DNA of 64,000 nt, from contig NC_134035.1 of the NCBI RefSeq assembly GCF_964204645.1, positions 5,766,001 to 5,830,000 of the forward strand, given 5' to 3'. Positions within the stretch are counted from its first letter, which is position 1. Every line of letters starts with the position of its first letter. The notes beneath the pieces are model-generated. The model made no database searches, had not been told where the DNA came from, and saw only the letters and a program-made list of their open reading frames with translations. Positions 57,665-64,000 of this stretch are shown here, piece after piece. Source of the stretch: Tubulanus polymorphus. Lineage: Eukaryota > Animalia > Nemertea. Made by a program: the position numbers and the translations under genes.

Positions 57665-60600
57665 ATGATGTTACCTGTTTTACTTCTGTTCGCTTCGGCG
57701 CTCGTGATTTCTGCAACTGGTAAGTTACATTGTTATCAAAAATCAAGATCAAGTTCCACAGTTCTTGAACTCAAGAGTTAAAACGGGTTCATTTCCAAAG
57801 TTTTGATCCGAGAGTCAAAACTCAGATTACTGTGGAACTGGATCATACTTACCAGTTATAACGTAGTTATCTTATGTAGATGTCTATCCTTACCCAAACA
57901 TAGATGGAATCGTTACAATTAATTTCGAGATAATTGATTAAGATTTTTTTATGTTTCAAACCTCAAGCTCGTTTTCAATATTATTTTACCACAGGGTCCA
58001 GTTTTACGAAAAAGTAAAAAGCCAAATTTCTAGTTTAGTTGCTATTTGCGACTTTATGTTTTCGATGAGGACAACACGCTTCATGCTTTTTCATGAAACC
58101 ACTGCACCCAGAAGCGAAATTTCGTCTTTTTTGTGAAACCTGGCCCTGGGCATTGTATACTTTCGGTTTTCTATCATTATGGACACTCTCTTGAATTATT
58201 GAATTACTATGGACAATCTCTTGAATTTCATCTTTTCGTTTTTCTGTTTATTCTACAGAATACAAAATAGTGTGTTACCACACCAACTGGTCACAGCACC
58301 GACCCGATGATGGGATGTTCATGCCCGAGAATATAGACCCTCATCTGTGCACGCATATCATATATTCATTCGGTAAAGTTGTTGGTAACGATATCGCACC
58401 GTACGAATCGAACGATGAAGATAGCGGTTCTTCGAAGGGCTTGTAAGTGTTTGACCGTTGATATTTTGAAGGTTTTGAAATTGTTCTGTGTGGAAATGAA
58501 CAAAATGAAATTATTTAAATATTGAGTGAAGTATTACCGTTAGACCATTAGATTTTCTTGTTAATTGTGGGTTTTTATTCAATTGAATCAAGTGACAGTC
58601 ACTTGTCTATAGAAACAAAACTATGTTTTTAAGCCTAGATTCTTAAAGGCCGAATTAATAAGCTAATTATAGCTAATCAAGGCCGTGCATTTGCCATTGC
58701 GATAATAAGCAACATGAAAATCCCTACAACTAACAAAAATATGATTGTAAAGGTACACGCAATTCAACGAATTGAAAAATCAGAATCCAAATTTGAAAAC
58801 GTTGATAGCGATTGGAGGTTGGACCCACGGTAGTGCTGGGTTTACTGAAATGGTAGCAAAGAAAAAGAATCGTGACCAATTTATTAGGAACGCGATCGCC
58901 TTCCTGGAGGATCGAGGTTTCGACGGGTTAGATTTGGACTGGGAATACCCCGCTAATCGTGGAAGTCCTCCCCAAGATAAACAGAACTTTGCTCTTCTTT
59001 GTCAGGTAAATATGAGCTATTCTGTAACACCCGGTGATGCTGATCTCTAATAGAGACAGCCGGGCATACTCAGTTTCGTCTGCCTTTCTCTATGGAAAAA
59101 AAATGATTTTCTCTTTCTAAAGGAATTGCGAGATGCTTTTGATCGACATTCTAACCGGTTTTTGCTGACAGCTGCTGTGGCCGCGGGTAAGGCTACCATT
59201 GAAACTGCATACGATATACCAACTATATCCAAGTACGTATAACTTCCAAAGTGAACTCCACACATTAATAATGAAGAATTAGAGTCCGCAATGTTTCCTG
59301 GTTATACATCCGTATTCTTTTAATCTTTTCCTAATCTGATTTATAAACTGTTGTTTTTCTAATTCAGATATTTGGATTTCATCAATCTAATGGCTTACGA
59401 TATTCACGGCGGCTGGGAACAAAAGACAGGCCACCAAACTGCGCTGTTTCCGAGGAATGATGAAAGTGGTGCTGACAGAAATGCGAATGTTGTAAGTCAC
59501 ATTTGTTCGTATATAAATGTCACCAGTTCCAAAGTCGTTGGGAATAGGTAGAATTCAAGTCTCTCGAGGGTTATAAGAAGAACTACTATTTGAAATGTAA
59601 CTTCTATCAGCCAACATCACAGTCGAAGGGATGTACCTATCAAAATTCAATTTCAATTTTGAAATTTACTTTGCTGTTAATTCTCTCTAGGATGCAGCAG
59701 TTAATATGTGGTTAGCAGGTATCTCAGCTGGCGGACAACCTTCAACTAAACTAGTCCTGGGTTTGGCTACCTATGGGCGTGGTTATACACTTTCTACTTC
59801 CGATGAAGGAATGGGTGCTCCAGCTTCCGGTCCATGCCCAGCTGGAAAATATACAGGGGAAGATGGATTCTTATCCTACTATGAGGTACAATTTATTTCT
59901 TCCCATCCTTAGTAACTATCACCCTTTTTTCGTTCGACCTTCAATTTCAAATATGTTCGAAAAACTCGATGTTTACAATCCGATTTGCGTGGAATACCTC
60001 ATTTGGTACCAAATCTATCAAACTTACAGAAGCCAGGCCGTTAAGACTAATAAGTGTTTATCTCACTCTCGATATCAATTCTAGTGTCCCCCAAGGCTCT
60101 ATTCTAGAGCCTACTATTTTCATTATCATGATACTTAGCCTATCATAATATATCATAAAATATCTGAAGTAATTCCAAAAGTATCAGAATTTAGAGTTGT
60201 TGATTTGTCCACGTTATACACGTATTATCTCTGTAGATCTGTGACCTTTTTAAAAATGGCGCACACCGATTTTTCGACGAGGAAAGTAAGGTACCATATG
60301 CTGTTGTCGGAAGCACTTGGGTCGGTTATGATGATGAAGAAAGTTTACTGATCAAGGTCAGGAATTGTTTAAACGCATGAACGAGAGTAGGAATTTTGAG
60401 TGAATTTCGGAACTTGAGTTGTATTTCATTCTTAAGGTTAACTATTTGAAATCGAAAGGGCTCGGCGGTGGTATGGTCTGGACGTTGCCTTTAGATGATT
60501 TTACCGGAACCCATTGCGGACAAGGGAAAAACCCTCTGTTAAACACGATTTCGCAGTCTCTACGTGGAGAGGTTGTCGTCGTGTAAGTACATTTACATAA

Positions 60601-62084
60601 GAGTTTGGTGATGATATTTTTATGAAGATAAAGTATGTTTTCCAATAAGAAATTATTCAAACGGGACCTAAGTATTAAAGTACTAATTTCTAAAAAGACT
60701 ATTCAATGATGTCAGCTTGAATTATTTTTCAGTGACCCTATTATTGAGACAACGTAAGTACAATCTTTTATCATGATTTACAAACTAATTAGAATCTGTT
60801 CTGCTTAGGTTGCGTATTTCATATGTTAACTTTGAAGTTATCCTTTATGTACATCAATCACACCATGTCGGCTGAATTAATAAATTATTGTGTTTGACAA
60901 CCGGTGGTCACATCGAAAAAGCGCTATGGTCGCAGTCACTACATGTGCAACTTGTTCTCGTTTCAGCACCACGACCGTAGCAGAAACAACGACTACCGAG
61001 CAGTAAGTAGACAATCAGCCGATGGGATAGCAAAAATTTACGATCACTCCTGGAGCGTAGAGGCCACTCTCCCAGTCTGATGGTGTCTCTCTAATGCGTA
61101 TGAACCCCTCTACCCGCAGTCTGAATGGTGTCTCCTGACGCGTAGGAGGCCGCTCTCAGAGTCTGGACTGTATCTCCTAATGTGTAGGAGACCCCTCTAG
61201 GTATCTTCGCGAAGGAGACCCATCCATCAGTCTGGACGATGTCTCCTGTACACATATTTTGCAACTTGTTCTCGTTTCAGCACCACGACTGTAGCAGAAA
61301 CAACGACTACTGAACAGTAAGTATACATTCACCCGATAGGATGACAAACAAATATAGGCTGGAGACAGTTCGACACTACTACAGTTTGAGTTATAGATTC
61401 CAGGCTCTCCAAACATTCAGGACGGTGTCTCCTAATGTTTAGGAGATCAGTCTTCTATCACCACTATCCTTGTCCGGTGACTCAAAATGCGTAGGAGACC
61501 TCTCTCAGTCTGAGCGGCGCCTCCTGATGCACAGGAGACCACACACTGCCAGCCTCGGCAGTGTCTCCCAATGCGTAGGAAACCACTCTGGTGTCTCATT
61601 ATTGGTAAAAAAGCACTTGCTCACTTCCTCATGGCTATTAGAATACATGTATTTTCAGACCGACGACAACAACAGAGAGCAATTCAGAAGGTAAGTTTAC
61701 TTTTATAAACAAAAATAATAGAGATGATGAACTGCTGGCCTAATGACTTGTACTGGTTCCCTCGGTAATCTTTATCACTGATCAAATATGTACCAATAAT
61801 TTATACATGTAATTAGTGTTCATATAAATTGGGTTAGATTAATCATTAACTATAATTCATATGTTTATCGTGTAAATTTTTTTTAATCTTCTTCAGGAAA
61901 TGGTGGTGGAAGTTCGTTCGTAGGGTGCAGTGGCCAGGCTGATGGTTATTACAGGGACCCGGTTGATTGCGGTAAATATTACCAATGCGTCTTTGGTGAA
62001 CAATTCGACTTCCATTGTGGGATTGGTCTTGCTTTTGATTTACTAACTCATATTTGTAATTGGCCTGCTGCAGTTCAGTGTTGA
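57665..62084 (+). CDS. GH18 chitinase copy 3 (divergent) with linker and CBM14, 13 exons
   Basis: Exons 57665-57719, 58259-58442, 58753-59005, 59123-59232, 59368-59491, 59691-59885, 60237-60356, 60437-60582, 60733-60753, 60967-61002, 61281-61316, 61659-61690, 61897-62084. [11 protein letters not shown] intact. Confidence 0.94.
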
Positions 62085-62687
62085 ATAAAGCGATTGTACA
62101 CTGCACCATATGATTAAAAGAAGAGTTGTTTCATTATTTTGATGGGTATTTCTGCTAATGTTTTATCCAATTATCGATTCTTGTGCGAAAACTGCTCAGA
62201 GACATTGGAGCAATAGAATGATCATTTTCATCATTATCAATCGGGCAAACCTATGGCGAAGATTAAAACGCACCTCTCAGAGGAAGGTATATATCGCTTG
62301 GAATTATATCCTTATTATTGCATATGCAATAGACTATTGCATTATACGATTTAAGGTAAGGGTTAGGTTGGATTAAGGTCAGGCATAGGTTTTTAAAGTC
62401 AGGATTTAGTTCTAGTTTTTAGTGCGAGTTAACTCTGAGTTAAAGGTAGGTCATTTTCAGTGGGTTAGCTCCGAATCGAATCTTCACTCTGAACTATGGA
62501 ACTTGTTCCAGAGTGTTACTATAGGTTGAAACTAATACGCCATACCTTTCACAAGGAGTAATGATGTGCATGACCGAAACTGTGTGTGCGTAGTAACTTT
62601 GGAGCTTTTCAATGAATCTCATTTATTTATTAGAAATTAAAGATATATTTCTAAACAATTAATAAATCAGATAAAGTTTCTATCGAT

Positions 62688-63874
62688 TCAAACGGTTCCA
62701 TTTAGTAAAGATTCATCGACAGTCGGGTGTTTTGTCGATTTGTTTTTAGGACGGTCGATATCACTGATAGTTTGAGGCATCGGTACACCTCTAGTTTCCG
62801 GTAACGGTAACAACAGTAAAGCGGTAACCAGTCCAATACATCCGAGAATCACGCCCGGTAACCAAGATATAAATTGAGCCTGAAACAATTCAATATTGTA
62901 ATGTTGAAATGTTTAACAAGTGGCAGGATTGAAAATGTACCGAGATAAAAACCTACCAAATAAGCGGCGAATGGTGCTGTCATCGAACCTACTCGGGAAA
63001 ACGCCGATGTGATTCCGATCGCACGATTTCTGTAAAAGAAAAAGACAAGAAGATTGCGAAATACTGAACTCTATCTAAATCCATATGTACAACCACACTT
63101 GTATACCTGAAGTTAGTCGGGTAAAGTTCGCTGGTATGGATGTACGTTACAGCGAACGCTACGGCACAGCAGCACCGGCCCAACGCATTCAACGTGACGA
63201 TCAAAGGAACGAGGTTCGTCTCTCCTACAAAAAGAAATATCACGAAATAGATAGAGGCTGCATAGAATTGATACCCGACTCCTCATTTCGGCTGAGTCTA
63301 AAAGTTGACCCACTTATCTACTCTGTACATCACTTAAAAACATGATCAAGCTAGCAGACAGCTATAGAAATGAACCGATTACAACATTTTCAACGCGGTT
63401 TACAAATTGATCCGGTCGATTATGAGAAACAACGTATCACTTAACTTTAGCCGTTTAGGTACTCATCATGTACTTCAGGGGCCGGTTCCTCAGTTGAGAC
63501 TTAAGTCGAAAAATGGTCTTAGATTTAAAGACTGGTCTTAAGTTGTTAGATCGTTTGTAGAATTAAGATGGTCTTAAATTGGTCTTAAGTCTAACCCATG
63601 ACTATGGAACTGGGCCCAGGGGCCGGTTGCATAGTCGGCTTACTTAAGACCAGTCTAAGACCAACTTAGTTCTATTGCCAATCTAACAACTTACGACCAG
63701 TCTTAAGATTTAAGACCACTTTTGGACTTAGGTCACGTCTGTGCAACTGGCCCCAGAAGTTAAGAAGTATATGTGTATATGAGCTTACCGACACTGTTTG
63801 GACAGAACGTAACGACCATCAACGCAAGCCCGTTTAAAGTGTAAAGTGATATAAGAAAAACCCGTCTTCCAACA
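62688..63874 (-). CDS. SLC22/organic cation transporter-like MFS protein, last four exons (5' part beyond window end)
   Basis: Exons 63874-63789 (VGRRVFL), 63224-63107 (TSELYPTNFR), 63029-62957 (SRVGSMTAPF), 62879-62688 (LPETRGVPMPQTI). GRR, ELYPT and LPETxG are SLC22 signatures. Confidence 0.9.
63479..63753. mobile_element. Oppositely oriented dimer of a Harbinger-like MITE sharing a CAG junction, in an SLC22 intron
   Basis: CAG-GGGCCGGTTCC...GGAACTGGGCC-CAG-GGGCCGGTTGCA...TGCAACTGGCCC-CAG. Confidence 0.75.
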
Positions 63875-64000
63875 CTGAAATACGTATAGTCACCACATAA
63901 ATGATTTGACGAACATTTTATACCGACTTATTCTCGGTGACTTAAACTTACTACTGTAGCACGAAGTGCATCACAATATAACTCGGTAATTCAATAGCTG

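Overview
Intron-rich, AT-rich animal genomic DNA, probably from a lophotrochozoan or other marine invertebrate (inference from gene content; species not identifiable from sequence alone). Most short ORFs in the supplied track are exon read-throughs or noise, so gene models were rebuilt by hand from GT-AG sites and reading frame. Gene order: CEPT1/CHPT1-like phosphotransferase (-, 7 exons, 3' end off-window); complete 17-exon three-repeat Myb (-); head-to-head GPI-type Ly6/three-finger gene (+); two more Ly6 genes (-); intronless arylsulfatase (-) divergent from an intronless TRPV5/6-like channel (+); three tandem GH18-linker-CBM14 chitinases (+); 3' end of an SLC22-type transporter (-). Non-coding DNA is dense in small elements: a 1.15 kb foldback with an 8-bp TSD, hAT-like MITEs with 5- and 6-bp TSDs, Harbinger-like MITEs, minisatellites that grew inside MITEs, a SINE, a LINE RT fossil, and two families of ORF-less palindromes carrying minimal hammerhead-ribozyme motifs. 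Best candidates for new biology: (1) the hammerhead palindromes, which share a terminal motif; (2) chitinase linkers built from frame-preserving micro-exons in variable copy number; (3) selective loss of chitin-binding aromatic residues in chitinase copy 3; (4) the intronless, divergent TRPV-like channel. None can be shown to be novel without database searches.
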